64,000 bases of DNA from an uncultured virus (IMG/VR IMGVR_UViG_3300035686_000079). Taxonomy: Duplodnaviria; Heunggongvirae; Uroviricota; Caudoviricetes. The notes below the pieces were generated by a model that searched no databases, was not told the origin of the DNA, and was given only the letters and a program-made list of their open reading frames with translations. The first letter of the stretch is position 1. Each line of letters opens with the position of its first letter. The DNA lies in IMG/VR virus record IMGVR_UViG_3300035686_000079; one strand, written 5' to 3'. The translations under genes and the position numbers were made by a program. Shown here piece by piece: positions 38,494 to 48,259 of this stretch.

Positions 38494-39446
38494 CCCTCTC
38501 TAACTACCGTGTCAATACCAGTGGACTAACCGAAGTCCTCATCCCCGGACTTCAAGAGTACGGGCTATTGGTCGTCCCTACCCAGATTAAGGGAGGACTT
38601 GTTGTCCGATTAACCACGGGACAAGAAACAATTCTTAGTAACCTCACCCAACTCCAAGGCATTCCAAAGGTATTAGAAGGACTGAAGGCAATAGACTCAG
38701 TATTGGGTGAACTGAAAAATAAAATACCAGCATCCAATTCCAGTGCCGATATTCTCAAAGCGATCGCCTCGTTCAATGCGTCTGTGTCGAGCAAAGTTGA
38801 TGATACGGAACGGATTAGCCAATTACAGATTTTTCTCGCAACGTGGCTATCGACGCTCAATAAAGGCAATTCGGACACTATATTCACTTTGTCCCTTATC
38901 AGCAGCAAGTTAGACAGCACGGTCAAGCCAGTTACTGACAAGTTAGATAGTACGACAAAGTTAATTACCGATAAAATTGACAGCGCTCGTCAGTCTCTTG
39001 GAGACAAGATAGACAATGCCGCCAATGCGATCGCAACTAGGATAGACGCAACTAATGCTGCACTGGCTACCTTGAATCAAACCCTGTCAACGACCCTGAT
39101 TAATGACATTGACTTTCAAAGTGTCGCTATGCCCCAGGCTCAGACAGAGTACGCTTTCCCCCTTCCTAATGGAACAAAGAGCTTTACCTTAAGGTGTTCC
39201 GTCCTTCCTCCAGTTGTTGCCGGAGACCCACCACGAGCCGCCGATATTTGGTATTCCTTGCGATCGGGGCAAGTCGTTCCAGCTTCAAGAGGGCAAACCC
39301 TGACCGATGGGTCATTGCCACGTTGCCGTAGGTTACTTGCACTCAATGAAACGGCGAGAGATGTATCATTGAATCTCACAGGCAAGACGCTTTATCTTGC
39401 CTGTGCAACGGCTGGATGGACGGCAGAAATTGATATAGGGACATGA
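38490..39446 (+). CDS. Putative structural protein with 11-residue coiled-coil repeats
   Basis: SKLDSTVKPVT/DKLDSTTKLIT/DKIDSARQSLG/DKIDNAANAIA. Confidence 0.6.
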   Translation: MTLSNYRVNTSGLTEVLIPGLQEYGLLVVPTQIKGGLVVRLTTGQETILSNLTQLQGIPKVLEGLKAIDSVLGELKNKIPASNSSADILKAIASFNASVSSKVDDTERISQLQIFLATWLSTLNKGNSDTIFTLSLISSKLDSTVKPVTDKLDSTTKLITDKIDSARQSLGDKIDNAANAIATRIDATNAALATLNQTLSTTLINDIDFQSVAMPQAQTEYAFPLPNGTKSFTLRCSVLPPVVAGDPPRAADIWYSLRSGQVVPASRGQTLTDGSLPRCRRLLALNETARDVSLNLTGKTLYLACATAGWTAEIDIGT

Positions 39447-39605
39447 GAGGCTGGCTAGACATCATATTAGGAAATTACCAGTGGTATCGCCGCAAACGTG
39501 GTGGCACATGGCACCTGGTTACCGTTCGGGCGATCGCAGGGTTTGGCGAATGCTGGATCAGAGGTGAGACTAACCCATCAGAAACAATTCTCAGGACAGA
39601 GCGAT

Positions 39606-39971
39606 ATGAGTGAATTTGGGAGTTCTAGCACCGAAGAGGCATACGTAGATCGCAACCTGGCAGTCCAACTACTAGCCTTAGTCCTTCACGATAACGGCTA
39701 TCAAGTAGGCTGGCTAGCAGATGACCCAAACCCTCAAGAAGGATGGGCCATTTTGATGATGGAGCTGCCCGAAGGGCAAATTAGCTATCACATCCCAGTA
39801 GAAGACAAAATCGTTGAGTTACCCGACTTCTACGGCTGGGATGGGCACACTGTACAGGAAAAACGGCAGCGCATCGTCGATTTTTGCAACAAATATCAAA
39901 ACCCAGAAATACTGTCAACAACCGCACCCACAAGGGGATGCGGCTTATTCCTAGCCGAGAATATCGACTGA
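39606..39971 (+). CDS. Phage protein with a WDGH motif; 3' end altered by IS insertion
   Basis: LPEGQISYH...WDGHT. Confidence 0.7.
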   Translation: MSEFGSSSTEEAYVDRNLAVQLLALVLHDNGYQVGWLADDPNPQEGWAILMMELPEGQISYHIPVEDKIVELPDFYGWDGHTVQEKRQRIVDFCNKYQNPEILSTTAPTRGCGLFLAENID

Positions 39972-41201
39972 AACAATAGGCGCATTGACTGACGCCCTAA
40001 GCTTTAGAAAATCATCACGGATATTCATTGAGGCATTGTAGTCGGCATGGCACTCAAATCCACATTTCTTGCACTTAAACTCGGCTTGAGTAGGGCGATT
40101 CCCTCGCTCAATATGCCCACATTGGCTGCATTTTTGCGAAGTATAGCGAGGATCGACAAATCCTACGTTTACGCCTTTAGCTTCAGCTTTATAAGTGACG
40201 AATGCTTGGAACTGAGCAAAACTCCATCCATGCAGTCTACGACGTTGAGCCTTTCTCATTTTGGCTCTGCCGCGAATATTCGTGAGATCTTCAAAAACCA
40301 ATGTGGCACCAGACTCAACGGATTGAACCAATCGCTTAGACAGCACATGGTCGCAATCTTTTCTGAAACGTTTCTGCCTGCCAGAGAGTTTTTTAAGATG
40401 CCTCTTGGCAGACTTCGTGCCTTTAGATTGGAGTCTACGGCGCAACTGGAATGTTCTATCTTCTACCTGCTTCCAATGGTCAGAGCCATATTTGTTCCCA
40501 TTACTATCGACGGCTGGAGTAACAATACCCAAGTCAATACCAACCACTTGAGTCGTTGGTTCGGGCTTGGGAGTGTCTGTCTCCATGACGATGTGCAGCC
40601 ACCAACGCCCTTTTCGGTCACGCACCAGGTCAGCACTAGTATTCTTCCAGTTCAGGTATTGGCGATAATACTGGGCAATTTCAAAGTGCAACTTAATGCG
40701 TCCTTTGATACTGAGGATTGTCAATTCCTGACGGTCAAACCAGACAGTATAAGACCGAGCATCGTACCGAATGGGGCAATGCTTAGATACTGGGCAACTA
40801 ACTGTCTTACCTTTCTTCTTGAGGGCTTTAGCCGATTTCAAGGCTTCAGCCGCTTTGACTCTAGCGGCACAGACCAGTTGAGAAGGCAAGCCTGTTTCCA
40901 GGCGATGCTCGTAGTAGGTTGCCTTGTGCAACTCTACGCCATTGGTCAGATTAGAATCCCATCCGTACTTGCAAGCAGCATTAAACGACCAAGTGTACCG
41001 CTCAATCGTTTGAGAAAGAGCCTGTGCTTCTTGGTCGTTTGGCTTGAGTTGCAGTCGAATGGTTCTTTGCATACAGATATGCTACTTCATATATGAGTGT
41101 AGATATCTGTTTTATACAAAAGTTAACTAGGAAGGCGTTACACCCTGCCCCGCCTTCCTCCCCGCCCACAAGGGGACGGGGTTTCCAGGCAGGAAGACTT
41201 T
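39914..41201 (-). mobile_element. Non-autonomous IS200/IS605 (IS1341-type) element carrying tnpB only
   Basis: Related subterminal hairpins with the shared CCCACAAGGGGA core at both ends; right end ...GTTGAC; removal restores an ATGA stop/start overlap. Confidence 0.82.
39951..41072 (-). CDS. tnpB: RNA-guided endonuclease TnpB
   Basis: GIDLG, VFEDL, HADYNAS RuvC triad; CSQC...CKKC zinc finger. Confidence 0.95.
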   Translation of the reverse strand: MQRTIRLQLKPNDQEAQALSQTIERYTWSFNAACKYGWDSNLTNGVELHKATYYEHRLETGLPSQLVCAARVKAAEALKSAKALKKKGKTVSCPVSKHCPIRYDARSYTVWFDRQELTILSIKGRIKLHFEIAQYYRQYLNWKNTSADLVRDRKGRWWLHIVMETDTPKPEPTTQVVGIDLGIVTPAVDSNGNKYGSDHWKQVEDRTFQLRRRLQSKGTKSAKRHLKKLSGRQKRFRKDCDHVLSKRLVQSVESGATLVFEDLTNIRGRAKMRKAQRRRLHGWSFAQFQAFVTYKAEAKGVNVGFVDPRYTSQKCSQCGHIERGNRPTQAEFKCKKCGFECHADYNASMNIRDDFLKLRASVNAPIVSVDILG

Positions 41202-41480
41202 ATGAACTACGTCAAAGCTCATCCAAATCAATTCCGTGAAGGTCAGCGCTTCAAAAACTATCCAGAGCAGGCTGACACGTTTGTAATCAAGAGCATTCAT
41301 CTAGATAAAGACCAAGGCTTAGCCACGGTCATCTTCTACAAGGAAGGCGATGAGGACACTGATACAGACCTCTGGCAAGGGCGACTGGACGAGGATGAAA
41401 CCTTGTGCGGGTTCTTGTTCGTCCTAGAGGACGAGCTTCCCCAGGAGCCTCAGCAAACCTCAGTGGGTGATGCAAGGTAG
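41202..41480 (+). CDS. Hypothetical protein
   Basis: 92-aa ORF. Confidence 0.65.
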   Translation: MNYVKAHPNQFREGQRFKNYPEQADTFVIKSIHLDKDQGLATVIFYKEGDEDTDTDLWQGRLDEDETLCGFLFVLEDELPQEPQQTSVGDAR

Positions 41481-41931
41481 CGCAGAAAGTATCATTACTT
41501 ACGAAGAACTGTTCGCTTGGCGTAACGTTTGCGAACTGCTTCATCGTTTGGGTGCGATCGATCGTGGCAGATGGACGGAGTTCGGGCTTAGCGAATGGGA
41601 CTGCGCTGTCTTCATCAAAGACGCCAGGTTGGTTCTTAGCTTTGATGTCCGTCCGCGTCGCCAACTTCTTTGGGATACTTGGCGAATTCAGTTGGTTCGG
41701 TGGATTAGCTCTAGCCAAGTAGCCAAGAAAAATACTGGCTGGGTTCTCAAGTCTCGATGGGAACACAAGATCGACTTCCTCGAACATGTTGTTCTGTTTA
41801 ATGCCAGCCCGTACAGCTTGCCAATGCCTTGGCTGCGAAGCGACATGCCGAAACCTTGGGATGCGGTTATTAGCAAAGACCTTATGCCACGACCAGGGGA
41901 CATGGTTTTAAGTAGGAAGCCGCAAGCTTAA
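41467..41931 (+). CDS. Hypothetical Trp-rich protein
   Basis: 154-aa operonic ORF. Confidence 0.6.
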   Translation: MMQGSAESIITYEELFAWRNVCELLHRLGAIDRGRWTEFGLSEWDCAVFIKDARLVLSFDVRPRRQLLWDTWRIQLVRWISSSQVAKKNTGWVLKSRWEHKIDFLEHVVLFNASPYSLPMPWLRSDMPKPWDAVISKDLMPRPGDMVLSRKPQA

Positions 41932-41953
41932 CACCGTTCGATCGAACGGTGTT
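41930..41953. repeat. 24-bp palindrome, copy 7 (perfect)
   Basis: AACACCGTTCGATCGAACGGTGTT overlapping a TAA. Confidence 0.97.
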
Positions 41954-42058
41954 CTTTCTTTGACACTGCACTTGACTAGCATCATTAATGATGTTAATCT
42001 TATGTAAACAAAGGGGACTATTGGTGCCCCCTGACAAACATTGAAGTTTTTTTGCATT

Positions 42059-42316
42059 ATGACAGACAACTTTCAAAACAAAAACAAGGAGATCCTTGAG
42101 GTAGCACAAAAAATAGCCTTGGCTCATGGAATCGGTACTGATGCAGCAATGCACGCCATTCAAAACGTGCAGAATCTAGGATCTTTAAACTTGAATGACA
42201 TAGAGTCAGTTTCGACTGCACTCAACGATCTCGCCATCCAAGAGCGCAAAAAACTCCCTTGGTGGAAACAAGCTTGGCTATCACTAACCGATCGCATTCA
42301 TTCAGCAAACAAGTGA
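42059..42316 (+). CDS. Hypothetical protein
   Basis: ORF starting MTDNFQ and ending LPWWKQ... Confidence 0.6.
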   Translation: MTDNFQNKNKEILEVAQKIALAHGIGTDAAMHAIQNVQNLGSLNLNDIESVSTALNDLAIQERKKLPWWKQAWLSLTDRIHSANK

Positions 42317-42564
42317 TTCACGTTCAGCAAAATACTGCTCTTAGCCCTGTCGAAAAACTAGGAAGCGTTGCGATCGCCATTGACCGGATCTTAGACGATG
42401 GTGAATGGCACACATCAACCGAGCTAGTTTGCCAGCTCGACGGGCTAAAGGGCAGCAGTAGAGCGCAGATTCAGCGCGTAATCTCAAAACTCAGAGTTGC
42501 AGGGAAAGACCTCGGCTTTGAGATTGAAAGTAATCGTAGACGAGGTTACAGGAAGTCAAAATGA
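42313..42564 (+). CDS. Winged-helix DNA-binding protein
   Basis: ILDDGEWHTSTEL...IQRVISKLR...GFEIES...GY. Confidence 0.65.
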   Translation: MIHVQQNTALSPVEKLGSVAIAIDRILDDGEWHTSTELVCQLDGLKGSSRAQIQRVISKLRVAGKDLGFEIESNRRRGYRKSK

Positions 42565-43016
42565 CTAAGCACAAACAGAACAAAATGAATCGCACTATCA
42601 ACGAAAAAGATTTTTTGGCAATCGGTCCCGGATACAGTGGCGACAAGGGCTATTTTTCCTGGATTCGTCGAGAGGGAAGAACGGAAGAGGTGATGGGTAA
42701 ATCCATAATAATAGACCCTTTTTCTGAAGTGTTTATTGTTGTTGCCAGAGGAACAATCGAAACAGAAGAAGACGGGCGGCTTAGCTCAGCTACACCTGTC
42801 AAATACTGCAATACCATTCAAGAAGCGGTCACCCTTGTCAATAAACTCAACAGCGCAATTGGAACAAAAGACCTGTCTTTACCCTACGCTGAGTGCCCAG
42901 ATTGTGGTGACTCAGAAAACATTAGACAATCTACCGCTGAATGGAAAAAGGGTGAATTATTAATCTTTCATTGTCCTGCTTGTGAAATCGATTTTCAACC
43001 AAAACAGCGGCTTTGA
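42561..43016 (+). CDS. Hypothetical protein with C-terminal zinc ribbon
   Basis: CPDC...CPAC. Confidence 0.7.
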   Translation: MTKHKQNKMNRTINEKDFLAIGPGYSGDKGYFSWIRREGRTEEVMGKSIIIDPFSEVFIVVARGTIETEEDGRLSSATPVKYCNTIQEAVTLVNKLNSAIGTKDLSLPYAECPDCGDSENIRQSTAEWKKGELLIFHCPACEIDFQPKQRL

Positions 43017-43057
43017 GATTGAAATTAATCGTAGACGAGGTTACAGGAAGAATAGAA

Positions 43058-43429
43058 ATGACTAAATACAAACCGAACAAAACACTAAGGACATGGCTTG
43101 AGAGCAAGAGTGTTGTGGCGATCGGCTATTACGACCAGGTAAAAGCCGTTAATCTAGACTATTTACTGGCTTGCTGGGTGGACATAACAGTGGAACAGAA
43201 AGAAACACTAGAAGACAACTACCCTTATGCTGCTGACCATACCCAGGTAATGGTCATCGAGAAAGACGATCCACGCAATGAACAGGGTGGAATTTTGCAA
43301 AAAGTAGTTAGCGAGTTTCGTCACTGTCCTCACCTCAAGATTTGGAGTGAAGGAGAGGTGGTTGAGGAACAGTTAATACAGGAAATTGCTGACTCGATAT
43401 ACGCGGCACAAGTACGAAGTGTTCGTTGA
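43058..43429 (+). CDS. Hypothetical protein (start reassigned to 43058)
   Basis: Start context duplicates that of the 42561 ORF. Confidence 0.65.
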   Translation: MTKYKPNKTLRTWLESKSVVAIGYYDQVKAVNLDYLLACWVDITVEQKETLEDNYPYAADHTQVMVIEKDDPRNEQGGILQKVVSEFRHCPHLKIWSEGEVVEEQLIQEIADSIYAAQVRSVR

Positions 43430-43585
43430 ACCTGAGCAGTTTAAGGCTGAAGGGTACACAGAAGTGCAGTCAGACAAAACCACTTATTTTGTGTGGAAAA
43501 ACAATGATTCTTGCCGACGCTGAACTTTGAGCAGTATCTAACTGAACGGTATTTGACTAAAATTAAAGACAACTATCCGTAATCT

Positions 43586-43615
43586 AAAACCCCGCCCTTC
43601 AAGGTGGGGTTTTTT
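43586..43615 (+). terminator. Intrinsic terminator
   Basis: AAAACCCCGCC-cttcaa-GGTGGGGTTTTTT. Confidence 0.8.
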
Positions 43616-43711
43616 ATTAAAGTTGCAAGTTATTAAAAACACTCCAAAAACCGCCTATTCCTTTATATAGAAAGGCTTTAGATTCCTGCTGTAGATTGAT
43701 CTCACTCATGG

Positions 43712-45508
43712 GTGAAATTCATGTACGTTACGGCAGCAGGGAAAACACTATCCAGCAGAAACGACTCGGCTATTCGCCAAGCCGCGATGACGCTATTGGA
43801 AGTTTTGCTAGGTGCTGGAGGGGCTGGAGCTAGACAAGAAATAGAGAAGGTTAGGCAACTACTTTTTCCTTCACAGGAAAAGTCAGAAACCGAAGCTGAA
43901 GAGAGCAAGGGTGCCGCTCCCCCTGCCGACGACAGTTGGATGGAGGGCACTACCGTTGAGGCGGGCCGGTTGGCTGACAACGTCAAGCTGGCTACCTGGT
44001 TTGATGGGGTACGTCGTAGCCTGTCCATGTTCAAATCCAACTTTATAAATCTTCACCAGACTAGAGACGATCATCTCGAACAAATCTATGGAGCTGGTTC
44101 AACCCGCGATGCCGTAGCCTCAGAATTAATCGAAGACCTTGCCGCCCTACTTCAGGAATACAAGGAAAACTACCCCGGCTATCCTGCAACAAGCGATATG
44201 CCCCTTTATTTTCCTTCAGACACTGAGTATGGGATGTACGCCCAAGCTAAGGAGGAAGCGCAGGAAGAACCTGTGATTGCCGCTAAAGCGGAAAGTAAAT
44301 TATACGTCCCAGATCAAGTTGAATTTTTATTTGAGTTTGATTGCGTAGCCCAAGAAATCTTGGCATCTCGCCGTCCCAACGCCAATCAAATTCCTTTCGA
44401 GGGCGTTCTATTTAAAATTGCCTCCCCTTCTGAATCACCTCCCGCCAAGGGTTCGGACTACCCACTGTACGTGCCTTTGGCAGTAGCGGAACTTGCAGCC
44501 GAACAACTCAATAGCTCGGCAGGACTTCCCTTGGATGTGGACGAGTCGCTCTCCTGCCACAGTGACGAAAACATTGTGGGCATCATGACCGCTGCCGAAA
44601 TCAGAGGGGATGATTTCGTAGTTCGGGGACACCTGTTCTCCCGGAACCAAGGGAAGAAAACAGCCCTAATTGCCAGCAATAAAGACAATCTGGGCATGTC
44701 CATGAACGCCTTTGCCTCTGGGCGCAAAGCGGAAGTGGACGGGCGAAAGGTTTACTGCATCGACACGCTTGAGTTGTTGGGGGCGAATATCCTGCTCGCC
44801 AACAAAGCAACCTGGCAACAAACTCGCGTGTTAGCTGCTGAAATTGCGGCTTCTGCCGCAGAGGTTGACCACACAGAACAAGAGGAAAGAGAAGAAATGG
44901 ACTTGAAAACCCTTGGCGAGCACATGGAGAAGATCAATGGAATCTTAGCCACGCTTCAAGCCAGTAGCGCCGTCGAGAAGACACAAACAGATGAGCGGTT
45001 TAAGCGCATTGAAGAACAGTTTCAGAAGCAGGCTGAATTGATGGCAAGTCAACAGGAAGTCCTGAGTCTGATTGTTGCCGAGCGCAAGGAAAGTCAGTTA
45101 GCGGCTCAAGCCAAAGAACAGGAGCAGAAGAAAGAGGCAGAGGTTTCCAGCTTAGTTGAGGCCATGGCCAAGGTGATGGACACCAAACTTAGTGACTTCA
45201 AAAAAACCTACCTCGATCGCATGAATCCTCGTCGCGCTCCAGCATCTATTACTGCCAGTGGCGCTTATGCCGGAATGCAACCTCTAGTCGCCAGTGGATC
45301 GGAAGAAGAGAACAGCTCTACTCCAGGATTGCACCCCCTGCAACTGGAGTTATTGCAATGCGAAGCCAAACTATCTGGACTGGCTGAAGCTGGAGCAACT
45401 GGAGCAAATCGAATTGCACTGATTGAACGGCGCAAGGAACTTAAAGCAATGGGCGTAACAGTTCCAGCCCTACCTCAGTCCAACTCTCATCAACTGGTAG
45501 GGGTCTAG
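43712..45508 (+). CDS. Prohead protease plus scaffold fusion
   Basis: PLDVD...CH...IVG...VRGHL...GMSM assemblin-like pattern; C-terminal coiled coil; directly upstream of capsid. Confidence 0.72.
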   Translation: MKFMYVTAAGKTLSSRNDSAIRQAAMTLLEVLLGAGGAGARQEIEKVRQLLFPSQEKSETEAEESKGAAPPADDSWMEGTTVEAGRLADNVKLATWFDGVRRSLSMFKSNFINLHQTRDDHLEQIYGAGSTRDAVASELIEDLAALLQEYKENYPGYPATSDMPLYFPSDTEYGMYAQAKEEAQEEPVIAAKAESKLYVPDQVEFLFEFDCVAQEILASRRPNANQIPFEGVLFKIASPSESPPAKGSDYPLYVPLAVAELAAEQLNSSAGLPLDVDESLSCHSDENIVGIMTAAEIRGDDFVVRGHLFSRNQGKKTALIASNKDNLGMSMNAFASGRKAEVDGRKVYCIDTLELLGANILLANKATWQQTRVLAAEIAASAAEVDHTEQEEREEMDLKTLGEHMEKINGILATLQASSAVEKTQTDERFKRIEEQFQKQAELMASQQEVLSLIVAERKESQLAAQAKEQEQKKEAEVSSLVEAMAKVMDTKLSDFKKTYLDRMNPRRAPASITASGAYAGMQPLVASGSEEENSSTPGLHPLQLELLQCEAKLSGLAEAGATGANRIALIERRKELKAMGVTVPALPQSNSHQLVGV

Positions 45509-45553
45509 TACTCACACCATCCAATAGCTCAACACTCATAAACACAGATTATT

Positions 45554-46687
45554 ATGACCGCCTACGCCCCCATCGTTGAGGAGTTCGGCTTCAAGGACTT
45601 CGACGCAACCGAGAATATGTTCTTGCAAGCCTCCGCCATGCCGCTGGGAGGCTTCACCGTTCAGCAAGACTATGAAGATGTGATTCTTGACTATCGGCGT
45701 CAGGATACGATTTTCTGGCAAATGATTTTGCCGGGGAACAAGAAAAAAGCCCGTACAGCTACGATTCAAAAAATGAAGCGCGACAAACGCGCACGGGTGG
45801 GATTTACCAACCGGATGGACTTGTCTGCTACGGTTCACAACCGCAAGGAAGACCTCAACCTCAACCTCAACGATCCGGGTCAGCCAATACGAGCACTAAC
45901 ATCTTCAGTCTCATTCCCTCACTTTCCTCGATCGGTTGCCAAAGCGCAGGGAATGCCCTACGGCGACGAGATCGCCGAGAACACAGACTCCATGCTCAAA
46001 GAGGGCTATCGATTCCTGGAGATGGCTCTGTTTAACTCCAGGAATACTCCAGAAACCCCTCACGCCTTCAATGGGTTACAGGCTCAACAAACTGAGGAAG
46101 GGCACGTTTTTACAGTTGATACGATCGGCGATACCCCCGAAAGCATCGTCGATACGATCAACGAAGTCTGCACTCGAATTGCCACCGATCGCAACGTTCG
46201 CCGGAAAGTGACTCACCTAATGGTCACGGGTGCCGCCTATACAGCAATTTCCAGGGAAGTACGAGCCAACTCCATCAAGGTCAATATGGTGGAAATTATT
46301 CCAGGAGTTCGAGTTCCAGCGATTATTACAGGCGCGGGAGAAGTACCAATCTTCATGACCCCCTACCTGGATGATGTGGCAGATCCAGCTGGAGATGACA
46401 GTCACGATGTTGTAAGAATTTTCCCACTCGATCTCGAATGTGTGGAGTGGTGGGGGCTAGTTCCTGATGGAGGGACGGAGACGATCGAGCCTCAGATTTT
46501 CGATATGTCGGCCTCAATGTATTCTGCAACAACTCCACTTGTTTTACAACGGATGATGTTACTTTATGGCACTCCGTACCTCAATAACGAAGGCTTGTGG
46601 AGAATTGATGTCCGAGTGCCCAGAGGTCGCGCATGGAGTCTTGCACAGGAAATGGATATTCAGTTAGAGCCTAGCGTTCAATATTAA
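45554..46687 (+). CDS. Major capsid protein, HK97-fold
   Basis: 377 aa after protease/scaffold; LEMALFN...FNGL and GEVPIF.TPYL patterns; terminator after the next gene. Confidence 0.75.
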   Translation: MTAYAPIVEEFGFKDFDATENMFLQASAMPLGGFTVQQDYEDVILDYRRQDTIFWQMILPGNKKKARTATIQKMKRDKRARVGFTNRMDLSATVHNRKEDLNLNLNDPGQPIRALTSSVSFPHFPRSVAKAQGMPYGDEIAENTDSMLKEGYRFLEMALFNSRNTPETPHAFNGLQAQQTEEGHVFTVDTIGDTPESIVDTINEVCTRIATDRNVRRKVTHLMVTGAAYTAISREVRANSIKVNMVEIIPGVRVPAIITGAGEVPIFMTPYLDDVADPAGDDSHDVVRIFPLDLECVEWWGLVPDGGTETIEPQIFDMSASMYSATTPLVLQRMMLLYGTPYLNNEGLWRIDVRVPRGRAWSLAQEMDIQLEPSVQY

Positions 46688-46690
46688 GCA

Positions 46691-47224
46691 ATGCCTCGTC
46701 TTACTCCAGATCCAAAACATTGGCACCCCGGTCAATTACTTAAACCCACTCCCTTTGGCATCCTACTGAGGAGAAGCCAAGTTATCGTAAGCGGTCAAAT
46801 GGCGGCTCACCTTAAGGCAAGGAAACAGGCAAAGCCGTTAACCAGCTCATTGGCTGTAGAAAGACCCGCGATCGCCGTTGGGCAACCTACAGGTAATTTT
46901 AAGGTGGAGACACCGTCAACTCCTGCGATCGTCCCAGAGACAAGTGGAGAAGAGGAGACAGAGGCAAGCGAACAAGAGCAAGAGCAGGTCTTAACCATTG
47001 ACGGAAAAGTCGTAACTCCAGAGGAGCAATCTTCACTGGTTAAATTCTTCAACGACCCATCCAAGCGCAGTGTGGCATTGTCGATAAATTACATCGGCAG
47101 CAAGACGATGGACAATCTAGAGTCTAAACGTCCACTGACATGGGATGTACTGGTTGACTCTTTGAGCCAAATTCAACTAGAATCAGCTATGAAGTGGCTC
47201 CGTAGTCACCCAAATTATACGTAA
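46691..47224 (+). CDS. Hypothetical protein in the head operon
   Basis: Starts 3 bp after the capsid stop; HhH-like INYIGSKT. Confidence 0.65.
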   Translation: MPRLTPDPKHWHPGQLLKPTPFGILLRRSQVIVSGQMAAHLKARKQAKPLTSSLAVERPAIAVGQPTGNFKVETPSTPAIVPETSGEEETEASEQEQEQVLTIDGKVVTPEEQSSLVKFFNDPSKRSVALSINYIGSKTMDNLESKRPLTWDVLVDSLSQIQLESAMKWLRSHPNYT

Positions 47225-47280
47225 GTCTTATAATTTCAACACACAAAAGCCACCCCCTTGGGTGGCTTAGCTGTTTTAAG

Positions 47281-47304
47281 AACACCGTTCAATCGAACGG
47301 TGTA
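47281..47304. repeat. 24-bp palindrome, copy 8 (two mismatches)
   Basis: AACACCGTTCAATCGAACGGTGTA. Confidence 0.9.
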
Positions 47305-47339
47305 AAATCGCAGTAATTATTTTGTGCAAAATTCAACCC

Positions 47340-48020
47340 ATGCTCTTAACCCTCGAAGAGATTCGCAAGGCGGAGGCGATCGAACGTCTTGAGCAAAAGC
47401 AACGGGATTCTCTGCCTCAATCAAAATTGGTTATTGTCAAGCAAAATACTCCGCCCCCTCCCGCTCCTTCGGTTAAGCGAGAAGCAAGGAAGCAAGGGAG
47501 AAGAGAACAGAGGAAGAGAGTGGGGAGAGTAGAGAGTGGGGAGCAGGGTGTAATGGGACTGGGGAATTTAAACCCCTGCCTCCTGTCCTCTGCCCCACAG
47601 CCTCTCCCTACTTCCACAACAGCTGGAATTGAAAAAAACTGCGAGATTTGCTTGCGGTCTTACCACATTCCACCCAGTTACAGAGATCGGCGGCGTACCT
47701 GCGGAGACAGTAAGTGTGTCGCTAAGATACGGAATTTAGAAAAAATATCGAAAACCTGCGAGATTTGCGGGAATGATTTTAAAGTAGTAGCCAGCAATGT
47801 CAATCGACGACGCACATGCGGAAAACGGGAATGCAACCGCCAGATCCGCTCGATCGCCCGTCGCAGGCACAAGCTATGGGATGAACCGAAAAAGTGCGAA
47901 CATCCCGACTGCCCAAATATGTTAGAAGCAAATCGGAAGAAATCTAAGCAGGAAAAGTATTGCTCGAAAAGATGTGCGTCACGCGATCGGCATAAACTGG
48001 GACTTAATCCAACAAGGTGA
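47340..48020 (+). CDS. Protein with three Cys4 zinc-binding repeats
   Basis: CEIC...RRRTCG..KC twice, then CEHPDC...YCSKRC. Confidence 0.65.
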   Translation: MLLTLEEIRKAEAIERLEQKQRDSLPQSKLVIVKQNTPPPPAPSVKREARKQGRREQRKRVGRVESGEQGVMGLGNLNPCLLSSAPQPLPTSTTAGIEKNCEICLRSYHIPPSYRDRRRTCGDSKCVAKIRNLEKISKTCEICGNDFKVVASNVNRRRTCGKRECNRQIRSIARRRHKLWDEPKKCEHPDCPNMLEANRKKSKQEKYCSKRCASRDRHKLGLNPTR

Positions 48021-48259
48021 AGGCGAACATGGAAAGTATACGTATTTCAGCTCGATGCCATTCCTGTCTAATTCAAGAATCTTGGACTGAGAAGTGCAAG
48101 CCTCGTCATAACTGGCGGCTAATCTCCACGCCAGTCGATTTATCGAGCTTAAGTCACTACGGGCCATATTGTTTTTGTAGTGAGCGTTGCGAATTTGGGT
48201 ACATGGAAAACAAGGCTGTTCTGGAGGCAGAACTTAGGCGGCAGGCAGGACAACATTGA
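48017..48259 (+). CDS. Small Cys-rich protein
   Basis: CHSC...FCSERC. Confidence 0.55.
   Translation: MKANMESIRISARCHSCLIQESWTEKCKPRHNWRLISTPVDLSSLSHYGPYCFCSERCEFGYMENKAVLEAELRRQAGQH

Noticed and set aside
40047..41096. 349-aa + strand ORF
   Set aside because: Antisense shadow of tnpB 39951-41072 with no recognisable motifs
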